Shown here: positions 1 through 12,152 of the stretch, piece by piece
How positions within the stretch are numbered: position 1 is the stretch's first letter
How the letters are laid out: every line of letters begins with the position of its first letter
NCBI RefSeq assembly: GCF_001194135.2
Contig: NC_068994.1
Coordinates: 37,965,508 to 38,029,507 of the forward strand
Length of the DNA: 64,000 nucleotides
DNA from: Octopus bimaculoides
Lineage: Eukaryota
Reading direction: 5' to 3'
Made by a program: the position numbers and the translations under genes
The notes under the pieces: generated by a model
Database searches by the model: none
Seen by the model: the letters and a program-made list of their open reading frames with translations, nothing else
Told to the model about the DNA's origin: nothing

Positions 1-635
1 CGATCAGGGCTAACCTGAAGCAAAAGAAGTTATTCAGCAATTTAAATATTTTAAACTATAAATGGATGATAAATATGTTTGACAAGGCTCTGAGCTACCA
101 GATAAGATATTCAATTAAGCTGAATCTAAACATTTCTAAACATTTCTCATACCAATTCTAAATCAATAATACACACTGAGATTCCTCACCACTAAAAATA
201 AAATCAGTTCTAATTTAGAATAAATAAAATCTATTATTTTATAATGATGCTAACAAAAATCTAACTACTGATTTGCTTTTGTTATGTTTGTTTTTTTGTT
301 TCTTTTTTTTTTTTTTTTACAGTGAAGAAATGCATTCTGCCTTTTTTGAAATTTCATAGAAAAAAGTTTGATGTATTTCTTCTCTTGTTAAATTCAAGAG
401 GATTCAATTTTAGCATTATCATTTGAATGTATGTACCTTCTTAATACAGAGCAATCTAATCATATATAAGTATTCCACATGACCCAAGAAGGGTATTTAT
501 TGCATTAGAGACACATTATTTAGGAATTTACACAAAAATTATTATCTGTATTTGGCATGTTGGTTTCTACAGAATATCATTTATCATGAGAATATTCTTT
601 TCATAGTTACTTTTTGCTAGATAAGAATGAATGTA

Positions 636-671
<36 letters not shown>

Positions 672-737
672 AGAGGAATGAATGTAAAGATACATTACTT
701 AAGATAGATCATAAACAATTCACAATTATATACTCTT

Positions 738-785
<48 letters not shown>

Positions 786-1480
786 TGAAATAGAAATATT
801 TAAACAAACTCCCTTTCTATTAAAATTTTCTGACAATGTTTGCTTCTTGCCAATATCTTTTCACACATGTCTAGACTTGGAAATGATTTAAAATAAACTG
901 AAATACAAAATAGTATTGAATGTAAAGAGATCACCAGTATAATGCTTTCAAACTGTAGGGGCAGAGCTGAGTTAGTAAGAAAACACTATGGTTTTGTGAA
1001 TGTTTGGAATTATTCTTCAAAATAAATCAAATTCTAAAGTCTCTATGTTATATTATTAAGTATGTGTATTTGTAGATATGTCTGTGTATGCAGCAGGCTT
1101 CCAGTGTTTATGTCTATCTATGGTTGTGATACACGATCCCTATTGATCGCCCTTTTTTTTTCTTTTTTTTTTGATCCCTTTTGATCCCTTTTGATCGAAC
1201 TACCCCCTTTTCCTTCCTACGATCCCTTTTGATCGACCCCCCCTTTTTTTTTCCTTCCCCCTCCCAAAAAGAAAAGCTCTACATTGTATTTGTCCCATCT
1301 TCGTTGAGCCCTGTGTGGCTAATAAAAGAAATGTATCTATGTTTGTGGATTTTTATATGGAAATATATACCTACACATTCCTGCATATACGTGCATATGG
1401 AGGCATCACTATCTAAATAAATATGAGTGTGACTATGAGTGAGTATGAGTGCATATAAAATTAAGTATGTAATTATATTT

Positions 1481-1995
1481 TTATAATTATATACTTAAAA
1501 ATTAATTTTACTGATTTAATGGGTTTTTTTATATGCTAGCCACTGATACAAGCGTTTTAATGATTATATCCTTAATTTATAAGTATAAAAATTTTTGAGT
1601 TCTCTAGTTATTATATTATGCTGTGGTACTCTATATTCACCCGTATGATTTCTGACATTAACTGAGATGAGTGATTAGTTGTAATGTAAATGCGGGAAAT
1701 TCATGTATATATTGGTATTTGTTTGCAGAAATTCATCAGTATGTATATGAATTTTTCGCTCATACATTGTCCGTATATTTCTACTGATGAGTGTAATGTA
1801 ATCTTAATTACAAAGCATGAAATCTTAAGATACAAAATTATCTGAGATTTGCAAATTTTCTTGCTCATTACCTCGCATTCAGCCTTGGATTGTAAATAAA
1901 GAGCAAATTTAGAGTGGATTGCAGACATTTGATACCTACTTCTAGCATATAGGCGTTGGCATTCCAGCGCCCTTAATTATAATTATATACTTAAA
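1481..1995 (+). mobile_element. Repeat element bounded by 19-bp direct repeats, with a decayed hammerhead-like motif
   Basis: TTATAATTATATACTTAAA occurs at 1481-1499 and 1977-1995. Inside are CTGATGA (1784), a GTG...CAT stem, GAAA (1819), palindromic TCTTAAGA and TA. Stem I is poorly paired. Confidence 0.4.
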
Positions 1996-2315
1996 TATAT
2001 ATATATATAATTAGAAATAAAAAAACAGGATTAAAAGATCCTGGCAGCACTAAGTAGTAAAAGAATTTGCTTATTCAACAATTAGACAGCAGTAAATGTA
2101 AGTAGAACTCAGATCCATGGTAAATCTTCATGCAAACAGGTAAATCCCAAATATTCTTTGGCAGAATTTCAAGAAATTCAGAGTATTTGATGACAAAAGA
2201 TATGACCAGAGAAAATTACATCTTTATTGTAGATCTCTGACAACTGTTTCTGTTACAATAATATATATATATATATATATAATGGAATAATTACTGTGAA
2301 GCATTGCATAGAATA

Positions 2316-2676
2316 TATTGTATAAAAGATCGTGGGTAAGGCCAAAACAATGCAAAGTAAATGCAAGGTAAATCACAAGAAAACAAATATATGAATTAAT
2401 GTAGACTTACCTTGTATTCAATATTTTGGGTTTATGATCCCATTTTAAAGGAATTGATGAATGTTGCCAATGTGTATGTGTGAGAGAGCGTGGGTAGACT
2501 CCACGTGCTCACACACATGCAGATCGGCAACATTCATCAATTTCTTGAAAATGGGATCATAATCTCGAAATATTGAATACAAGGTAAGTCTACATTAAAT
2601 CACGTTTGTTTTCTTGTGATTTACCTTGCATTTACTTCACATTATTTTAGCCTTACCCACGATCTTTTATTCAATA
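2316..2676. mobile_element. Foldback MITE-like element
   Basis: Arms 2316-2468 and 2526-2676 are near-perfect inverted repeats of about 150 bp. The 57-bp spacer is itself partly palindromic. Confidence 0.8.
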
Positions 2677-4399
2677 CACACACACATACACATATATATG
2701 CATATAAGAAGGGATGACCACTAAGTGGACATCCGATATGCTAGAAAGAGGTCATCAACGACCCAACTACAAAGAAAATAATGTTCTCCAGAAAAATTCA
2801 GCAAACACCAGAACATAAGCAGGCAAGACATTTGTCTTGCTTAATTGTCTTGCCTGCTTAAATTCTGAAAAGCTGAAATTCCTCAGGTATAAGCCAAAAA
2901 ACAACGTCTGGAAGATGTACAATGTGATAGAACACTTTTGATGCAAGTCTGATGAAGTGCCTTTTTAACTTCTAAAACTGCAAACATTACGTAAGTTTTC
3001 ACTTTGAACTTTTTTGTAAACTGGCATTGCAAATAGGGTTGGTACAGAAACAATTCTAACGAATCATTAATGATGTGTTAAAGAATTTTCGTTGTCTTCT
3101 CCTTATCATTTGGATTATTAACTCTTTTGTCGGACGTAGCATGGAAAGCGGACGTTAAACGATATCTTCAATCGTAAACTTGCTTCACCTAATTTAAACA
3201 ACTAAGCTAGTTTGTTAAAATGTTATAGCTGTTTTTTAATATGATGTATCATGTTGTGTGTATATTATACATTCATAAGTGGATACGTGTTTAGCCCTTC
3301 TGGGATTTAGCATGAACATAATATTATAAATGCCTCACTGAGCTATATCCAATATACAACTATAAACAAATCTATTAAGATCACTATAGAAATATAAAAA
3401 TATGAATGATTCCTACTGAAAAGAGGGAGATGTATATAATGCTAAAGAAATGAGTTATCCAAAAACATACTGGTCCAGTGGGCACACTATGGTTAAAAGC
3501 TACATTCCAAATATGTTCTGTGTTTTTATGTATCTTGAATTACATGTATTGTGTAATAAGTTAGTAGAATATACATAAAGTGCATTCTGTTGATCTAATG
3601 CTGAACAAATTGCAGTTTTACTGGCCATAAAAAGGTGTGATAATGGCTGCAATTAAAGCATCAGAGATATGTCTGTTTTCTCAAACAAGGATCCCTAAGG
3701 AAAAAGAGAATATTAGTTTCAATCTTATCAAGAATTTTCTGTAAGAACGGCAAAGAAGCTATTCCAAGAACTAGTCCATGTCATTCCCAACAGGATCAAG
3801 CTGTTAGTTTATACAGAATAGTTTTATTGGTGATCAGATCATTGCCATACTATCTAACTTTATAGACACAGCTTTAATTTCTTTGGATGTGTTTCTAACA
3901 ATGGCAAAGCAAGGAATCATTGGCAAATGAAAACCTGAGATAGTTGTGGTGGAAAGATTAAGGCAAAGAGAAGCCACTAAAAAAAAAAAGACAGCGATAT
4001 TGTTGCTGTTTGTATTTCGGTGTATGGTTTAAATGGTTGAATAGAGTGGAAGTGGATAAGATATTATTTAGATGAAAATTTTTCTGTCTATAAATAATAA
4101 TGTTAAAAAGAATAAAGAAAGAATTTAGCTCTTTCAGTTTGCAAATAATATTCATTAGATCATCACCAACACCACTACCGCCACCACCACCACCACCGTC
4201 ATCATCATCATCATTGTTGGTGTGGTTGTCGCTGTCATCATCACTGATGCAAAAGTGATTAGAAAAAAGACAAGTAAACCCCCCTGGGAATGAAATATTC
4301 TTCTTGTTTACCACCTTAATATTTACTTCTCTAGCCTGCATTATTAAGTATTTTTAATAAACTTTTCCCGAAGTTCCACTAAAATGTGAATATATACAT

Positions 4400-4450
<51 letters not shown>

Positions 4451-4517
4451 TATATATACATGTGTGTGTGTATGTATATATATATATTTCTTTATATGTA
4501 TATACATGCATAAGTGC

Positions 4518-4925
4518 AGGCATGGCTGTGGGGTAAGAAATGTGCTTCCCATTCCCAATCACATAGTTCCAAGTTCGGTCTCACAGCATGGAACCTTGGC
4601 CATGTGACTTCTACGATAGCTTTAGGCCGACCGAAGCCTTGTGAATGGATTTGGTAGGCAGAGACTGAAAGATGCCTCTCAAGTGTTTGCAAGTATGTGT
4701 ATGTGTGCATATGTGTATGTTTGTCCCACACTGCTACTTGACAATTGTTGTTGGTGTGTTTACATCCCAATAACTTAACAGTCCAGCGAAAGAGACTGTT
4801 AGACTAAGTACCAGGCTATTAAAACAAATAAGTGCTGGGGCCAATTTGTTTACCAAAATATTCTGCAAGGTGGAGCTCCAGCATGGCCACAGTCTTATGA
4901 CTGGAACCAGCAAAGGATAAAAGAC
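4518..4925 (+). mobile_element. tRNA-derived SINE, family A (head, internal microsatellite, tail)
   Basis: Head ggcatggctgtg(t)ggtaaga...cttggccatgtgacttctacgatagc, a TG tract, and tail ...ctccagcatggccacagtc...gactggaacc. The same modules recur many times in the window. Confidence 0.75.
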
Positions 4926-5027
4926 AACATTAGTATTCTGTGTCATGATTTTTATGTGTGTGCACATAATTATATTCTGTTTATATTTGTATGTCTATCT
5001 GTGTGTGCATTTGTGCATGTCTGTGTG

Positions 5028-5058
<31 letters not shown>

Positions 5059-5209
5059 CCAAAAGTAGTAATAGCATGGAAAATGATGGTGATGATGATA
5101 TATGAGGGGGTGTACACAAATGTATACAGCCCCCCCACACACACACACATGCGCACATTAACCTTTGCTCTTCGATGACCATATTTCTGGTGAAATGCAC
5201 TACTTATAC

Positions 5210-5626
5210 AATCCTGATCTCAAACTTAATGTGGAGGTTGTGTTATAAAAGAGAATACTGCATTATTTACCTTGAGAGAAACTCACATAAGGGCTCATAG
5301 TACATAACAAGCACTCAAAATTATATCGTTGACAGACAAGAATCATTTGCTGCGGCTACTGGAACTTCCAGTGCCTGAATACACACTGAGATTCTACATA
5401 TTGATAGAACATTCGGCTGTTATTGTACTGTTGGACATCTGCCACTGAGGAATCCATTGCAGGATGAAATCCCATGATCTGGCGGTTAAGGCAGCCATAG
5501 CAGACAATTCTCATCTGTCAATGATATAATGATGGGTGCTTTTATGTACCACAAGTACTTACGAGAGCTTCTCTCTAGTTTTCTGTGTTCTAACACAACC
5601 TCCATATTAAATTTGATATCAAGATT
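5210..5626. mobile_element. Foldback element (imperfect arms of about 135-150 bp) with the hammerhead in its central loop; probably PLE-derived and non-autonomous
   Basis: 5210-5357 is an inverted copy of 5493-5626. The outer 36 bp match 32/36, the inner 77 bp match about 74%, and there is one indel of about 14 bp. No ORF. Confidence 0.7.
5439..5485 (+). ncRNA. Type I hammerhead ribozyme motif, structurally complete
   Basis: Stem I CTGCCA/TGGCGG (6 bp, one G.U); core CTGAGGA at 5445-5451; stem II ATCC-ATTGCA-GGAT; GAAA at 5466-5469; stem III ATC-CCAT-GAT; AUC triplet with predicted cleavage after 5479. The only departure from consensus is A-U instead of G-C at 10.1-11.1. Confidence 0.75.
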
Positions 5627-6243
5627 ACCTTTTCAAATTAATACTACTTCTGTCACAATTAATTATACACTACCTGTATATTTCATTTAAATTTAATCAT
5701 AATGAAGAATTTGAAAGAATTTATTAAAATAACTTAACTTTTCATAATTAAGCTAGTGTTTGAAACATAATGTAATTAAACACTCCTACATAAAATTTTG
5801 ATGGAAGGTTTTAATTTATATTCATATATGAACACTCTAAAAAATAAAACAGTTCTGTGTCAATGAACCAAATGTAGCCTCAGGCACGTTGGAATCAGAA
5901 TGGTTAAAGTTGGAATAGGAGTGGTGCATTGTGTTTTTTCTTCAAACAAAATTAGTTGAAAATGATATGGTTGTATGTAAGAGGTTACCTAAATGGGTGT
6001 GTGTATGGGGTTAAAATGTGGGACTACTAACTAAACAGTTAAGAGTTCAAATCCACCTACGATGATATGTTGTTTCAACCCACGTTATCAAATTACATTA
6101 ATTAACTTGATTCGAAAAATAATTCATGCATAGTTGGCAGCAACCAATAGGGAATTCAGCCCCTGACAATCCCTTTAATGTACACGCATACAAACACATG
6201 CACACACACATGCACACACACACACATTCACACACACACATGT

Positions 6244-6290
<47 letters not shown>

Positions 6291-6561
6291 TACACACAAG
6301 CATACATACGCACTCCTCTTTTATATGCTCGGGACATGGCTGTGTGCTNNNNNNNNNNNNNNNNNNNNNNNNNNNNNNNNNNNNNNNNNNNNNNNNNNNN
6401 NNNNNNNNNNNNNNNNNNNNNNNNNNNNNNNNNNNNNNNNNNNNNNNNNNNNNNNNNNNNNNNNNNNNNNNNNNNNNNNNNNNNNNNNNNNNNNNNNNNN
6501 NNNNNNNNNNNNNNNNNNNNNNNNNNNNNNNNNNNNNNNNNNNNNNNNNNNNNNNNNNNNN

Positions 6562-6601
<40 letters not shown>

Positions 6602-6616
6602 TTATATACATGCATG

Positions 6617-6650
<34 letters not shown>

Positions 6651-7380
6651 GAGATAGATAGATAGATAGATAGATACACATGTAAACATTTATATACTTA
6701 TATATATACACAGATATATATGTGTATATATGCATATATACATTATATTTATACACACACACACACACACACATATTTGGCAAATCAAGAATTAAAAATA
6801 ACAAGTCAGAAGGACAGACACATGGAATGTATTAGATTGACATTCAGTATCAAATAGAAAAAAGAGTGGATGTATAATGTTTCAAGTACGACTCTTCATA
6901 AGAAAGAGGAGAGAGAAAAGGTCCAGAGAAAAGGAAAAAGTTCAAGAAAAGCATGTGTGTGGTTACACACACACACTCTGTTTCTGACACATACATATAT
7001 ATGTATGTATATGCAGATATATATATATATATATCTGAATTGGTTAGTTTTTCATTGTTCTTTTTCTTCTTGTTTTTGCCTTTGTGAGTTACAAGTGATG
7101 CTATCTGTGAGATTCTCAGCTTTTTTAGCTGCTATTTTTCTGAACTTCGGTATATGGTGAAGCAAATATTTTGCTGATCCCTTAATTATATTTATAAATA
7201 TATGAACTTTGGAATAAGTTCTCCACCAATAATGGTGCTTTCATACCGATGGGCTTGGTAAAAATTATTAATTATTAATTGATTTATTAATTAATAAATT
7301 GATAATTCCTTTACCCTTTTAATTTGTAATAATTATATATATATATATATAGATAGATAGATAGATATATAGATATATAT

Positions 7381-7581
7381 AAAAGTAGGTTTACAGTTAT
7401 CACATAAGCACTTTAAATTTCTTTAAAACATTTTATTACATTTAAATTTCTATCTTACAACTAACTAAATTGGCATAGAATAATGGTTTCATATTTTTTT
7501 ATTATTAAGATCTAAACTGTTGATACATGAAAGTGAAAGAGATAGTTGAATAACTGTAAACTTACTTTTGGGCCACCCTCT
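7381..7581. mobile_element. Tc1/mariner-type MITE, left TIR truncated
   Basis: AAAAGTAGGTTTACAGTTA at 7381 matches the reverse complement of 7551-7569 at 18/19. The right end is ...GGGCCACCCTC followed by TATA. Confidence 0.6.
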
Positions 7582-7584
7582 ATA

Positions 7585-7617
<33 letters not shown>

Positions 7618-7689
7618 TAGATAAAGAGATATTTAGATAGACAGATAGATGTGTAGGTGTTTGTGTTTGTGTTCATCATGATACATATT

Positions 7690-8630
7690 GCGATCTTGAC
7701 ACATGATGTAATCTTAGACATGAACTATGAATCATAGATATGCATAGTCAGGAAAATTATAATCCTAGATTATCTGGAAAACTGTAATACTTGATGATGC
7801 AGATTTTATAATCTGCATCATCAAGGATTACAATTTTCTGAGTTAGAGATCAGTTGAAAAATTATAATTCTACATTGACATTGTCAGAAAGATTATTAAA
7901 CTTAATTACAATCTTAAATAAACTGAGTCTGAAAAATTATAATCCTAGATATACCTGTTCTGTAGAAAATTATAATCCTTGATGATACAGTTTGTAATCC
8001 TAGTAACATATTGCTATCTTAGATACATATTATAATCCTAGATACACATAGTCTAGAATATGATAATCTTTAATGATATAGATTACAATTCTAGATACAA
8101 GTTCCTTGGGAAATTGTAACTCCAGATAAATATTGAAATTCAAGATCACAGTATAGTCCTGGATAGACATAGTCCTGGATAGACATAGTCCTGGATAGAC
8201 ATAGTCTAGAAAACTATAAACCTAGATACACATTGAAAAATTGTAATCCAAGATGTTGTAGTGCCTAATCATAGATTTTTATAGTGTAAAAAATTGCCAT
8301 GGCAGTGCCCCGCTCTATGCACTCAACAATCCTAGACATGGATTTTTTGGAAAATTGTCATCTTAGATAGAACATGTAATCTTAAATGATTTTAAATGGA
8401 GATTATTATCCATAATCCAAGATGCACAGTCTGGAAAATTATAATCTAAGATACATGTTATGTAGAAAATTGTAATCTTTGGTGATACATATTGTAATTC
8501 TAGATATATATTGAAATCCCAAGTCTGATTATAATCCTAGGTACACATAATTATAATTCTATACATATATACACTGAATTACAATTATAATCCTCTATAT
8601 ACATTGAATTATAATTATAATCCAAGACTA
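7690..8630. repeat. Degenerate minisatellite (core AAATTATAATCCTAGAT, monomer about 18-20 bp); includes a perfect 16-bp x3 repeat at 8153-8200
   Basis: Dozens of variants of (G)AAAATT(A/G)TAATC(C/T)TAGAT; ATAGTCCTGGATAGAC occurs three times in tandem. Confidence 0.75.
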
Positions 8631-9516
8631 TGAGGTGCTAAAAGTGGATCTTTGTGGTTTTCATCACTGTTTACAATTTCGTTCCAGCTGTTTTCAAATT
8701 TATTATATGGATTAAGTTTTGCATACTAATTATGAAAATGAAATACATTTTCCCTATAAATCCATAACTAAAAAGTTATTAGCCTTTAAAATTTGCGTAT
8801 TTTAACCAATGAGAAGCAAGTATTTTACATATCACTGTGGTGAAAACTGTTTCCATAGTAATCAATGATACTGCACATGTGCACAAGGAGAAAAAAGATA
8901 ATCTTCTACTATGATAATACTCTTGTGTTTTTCCCCATTGCAACATTGAATGAGAAAGGAAGGAGTGATAGATGAATAAGGAAGGAAGAGGTGATAACAA
9001 ACTGGCAGTGGAAGCTTTTCAACTCTGTGTGAGTATATGTGTGTGTATATAAAAGGAAGGTATGTGACTATTTGTGTGTGTGTTGCAAACTTTAGTTCTT
9101 GAATTTTTGTGACTAATAAGTGTCTGTTTTAAACAATGGTTTGACTGTTATTTCTAGCAACTCCTGTTGGTTTGTTTGTTCAGAGCTTTTAAATATTTAA
9201 TTTGTTTGCGAATGTTTTAATGTAAACTTCATTTGAGTAGATTTTAATGTTTTGACTGTTATTTCTANNNNNNNNNNNNNNNNNNNNNNNNNNNNNNNNN
9301 NNNNNNNNNNNNNNNNNNNNNNNNNNNNNNNNNNNNNNNNNNNNNNNNNNNNNNNNNNNNNNNNNNNNNNNNNNNNNNNNNNNNNNNNNNNNNNNNNNNN
9401 NNNNNNNNNNNNNNNNNNAAATGAATAACAAATTCGGATTCAGCATCAAAAATTATATCTACATGATACATTAGAAAAATTTTTTTAAAGATAATTGTAA
9501 ACAGTGATGAAAACTA

Positions 9517-9716
9517 CAAAGATCCCTAAAAGTTCCTGGTTCTGGGTAAAAGAAAATACAGGAGGTTTATTTTATTCAACATATTCTCCTTTCAGATTCA
9601 CACCCTTATTGAAATGGTCCTTCAGTTTTTCTAAGCAATTTAAAAGACCTTGGAAGGCTTCCAACCAGGCCTTTCACGATGCCTTTAAAGCTATGACCTT
9701 TTAGAGCACTCCCTCA
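9517..9716 (-). mobile_element. Internally deleted mariner derivative (200 bp)
   Basis: Minus-strand remnant GLLNCLEKLKDHFNKGVNLKGEYVE* (9650-9572), a mariner-type C-terminus. Degenerate TIRs, with TA on both flanks. Confidence 0.6.
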
Positions 9717-9739
9717 TATGCACATTGAACAACTGTAAC

Positions 9740-9990
9740 CCATAATGAGCCAGAGTGTAATATTAGATATTTACTATCTGAAAGATTGTACTATTAGATA
9801 TAGAGAGTCTGAAAAAATTATAATCCTAGACATAAAAAATTGACTGCAAAAAATTATAATCCTAGGTATAGATTGCCTGGAAAATTGAAATCCTAATCCT
9901 AATGATATATTGTAATCTTAGAGATTCTCTGCCAGAAGAATTGTAATCTGAGACATATACTGTCCTCCCAGATAAACTTTGTCTGGAAAA
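9740..9990. repeat. Continuation of the same degenerate minisatellite
   Basis: Variants aaaaattataatcctagac, aaaaattataatcctaggt and tattgtaatcttagag. Confidence 0.65.
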
Positions 9991-10551
9991 AGATGTTAAA
10001 AATGTTATAACCACTACTGAAATACCTTTGATTATAGATCTGTTTAACTACAGCAACAAGAACTTCTCATAAATAAATATAATGATTGAATATAGATTAT
10101 ATAAATATAAGACTATATTTTTTTTAATGGCATGATAAATTCTTTTAGCTGTACAAAATAAATATAGATGTCTAGAATTATTATGAAATGATTAAAATAA
10201 CAATAGATAAAACACGATATAAATCAATCATAATCTATTTGGGATCTACCAGAATCTATTAATAACAGCAACACAAACGACCTATGGATGTTTTAGTTGA
10301 CCTGCTGTTCTATAAATTAATGTAATGTTAATATAGAATACAAATTAACTCATTCTTAATATAGATTATAAATTTTTTTCTCCCCTTTGAATTGCATTTG
10401 TTTATGTACTGTTTCAGTTAGTAATGATATAAGCATACACAACTGTATAGCTACCATATATATATGCGTGTGTGTGCATATATTATATATATATATGTAT
10501 ACATACATACATATATATATGTATATATATATGTGTATATCTATCTATCTA

Positions 10552-10590
<39 letters not shown>

Positions 10591-10876
10591 NNNNNNNNNN
10601 AATGTAGATTCATCCTTTAATTTGGAGGTTTCCAGAAAAGATTTCTAATGCTGATTCTTCATATTTTGCTAGTAGTTTACAGGCATAAATTTGTGAAGAT
10701 ATGAAAGTAATACTTGTATATGATGTGTGGTGATTTTATGGAAAGAAGTTCCATAAAGCTCATCAATTTAGTTAAAAATGAAGAAGACAAGTTGTTAAAA
10801 TATATAAGAGAATTTTGTAAGAGAGTTCTCTTATATATTTTAACAACTTGTCTTCTCCATTTTTAACTAAATTGAT

Positions 10877-11343
10877 GATGGCTGTGTGGTAAGAAGCTTG
10901 CTTCCCAACTAAATGGCTCTAGGTTCAGTCCAACTGTGTAGCACCTTGGGCAAGTGTCTTCTACTATAGCCTCAGGCTGACCAAAGCTTTGTTAGTGGAT
11001 TTGGTAAGCAGAAACTGAATGAAGCTCTTTGTATATATATCATTGGATTGTCAGTAGTATCTCAGCTTGTTACTTTATATATATATAGAAATCGTCATGG
11101 CACCTGTACCCAGCATTGCCTTCCTGGCACTTGTGCCGATGGCATGTGTAAAGACATTCGAGCCAGATCGTTGCCAGTGCCGCTGGACTGGCTCCTGTGC
11201 AGGTGGCATGTAAAATACACCATTTTGAGCATGGCCATTGCCAGTACCACCTGACTGGCCTTCGTGCTGGTGGCACGTAAAAGCACCCACTACACTCTCG
11301 GAGTGGTTGGCGTTAGGAATGGTATCCAACTGTAGAAACTCTG
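10877..11343 (+). mobile_element. SINE with family-A head and an RTE-type 3' module made of three tandem units of about 55-67 bp
   Basis: Head gatggctgtgtggtaagaagcttgcttccc...ccttgggcaagtgtcttctactatagc; units ttgcc...tggca(c/t)gtaaaa; then ggttggcgttaggaatggtatccaactgtagaaac. Confidence 0.7.
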
Positions 11344-12121
11344 TAGATAATCTAGAACTCGACTGAGTATAGAAAGCTCCGAGTGACCCGTCCTTGTTTT
11401 TTCCTGTCCTTTTTTGTATTGTCTAACTGTTCAGATGTTTTGCTGTTGCCCGTTATGCTTTTGTTCCATTTTTTTTTTCCTTTTTTTATATATATGTATG
11501 TATATATGTTGGATTTCTGAACAATTATTTCCATTTGCCAATCCACAACAGTGGATCTAACAGCCATGAGGCTGTGAAGTGAAATTCTGCACCTCACAGA
11601 GATACTTTAGGAAAGAAGCCTTGTCGTATAGGAGAAAAAAAATAACACCCAATATCAACACTGAAGGCAGGGAGAGTAATGAGTAATACTGTAGTTGTTG
11701 GTTTATGTTTAAGGTAGAGGAGTTTATGAGATTTGTAACGATTCATAAAATCTCATTGATCATAGGAAGAAATATGTTTGTTTGTAAGTAGAGTAAATAG
11801 CTCTCTATTTTTTTTCTTTCATTTTTACAATCAATTTTCTAGCTTCACACGAAGTGAAATATCTTGAAACTAAAAGAGTTTATGTGAAGTTAGACATCAG
11901 TTGTTTTACAGTTAGAATGTTAGAATTTATGCATTTCTTTTATCGCTAGACATGTAAGAAGTATCATGGGATTTGCTTGCAGACACACAAACTCTGCCTA
12001 TAGAAGGAGACTTTAAATACATCCATGAACCGTAATACTATGTAGTTCTCTCTTGATGCAGGGCATTAATTCAACTGTGGCTATTAGATACCTTTGATAG
12101 ACATACTATCTATCTATCTAT

Positions 12122-12152
<31 letters not shown>

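Noticed and set aside
1135-1335. GATCCCTTTTGATC repeated in a pyrimidine-rich tract; 79-aa ORF
   Set aside because: It looks like a slipped SINE 3' region, and the ORF is low-complexity.
2945-3000. CTGATGA...GCAAAC-ATTACGTAAG hammerhead-like text
   Set aside because: GAAA is broken, and stems I and II cannot be paired convincingly. It was not counted.
5356-5514. Minus-strand phase-0 open frame (MRIVCYG...WKFQ*) after a CAG, as a possible second protocadherin exon
   Set aside because: It lies inside the foldback element, overlaps the hammerhead antisense, and has no protocadherin tail motif.
9135-9267. 22-bp repeat at a 111-bp period running into a gap
   Set aside because: It cannot be distinguished from a contig-end overlap artefact.
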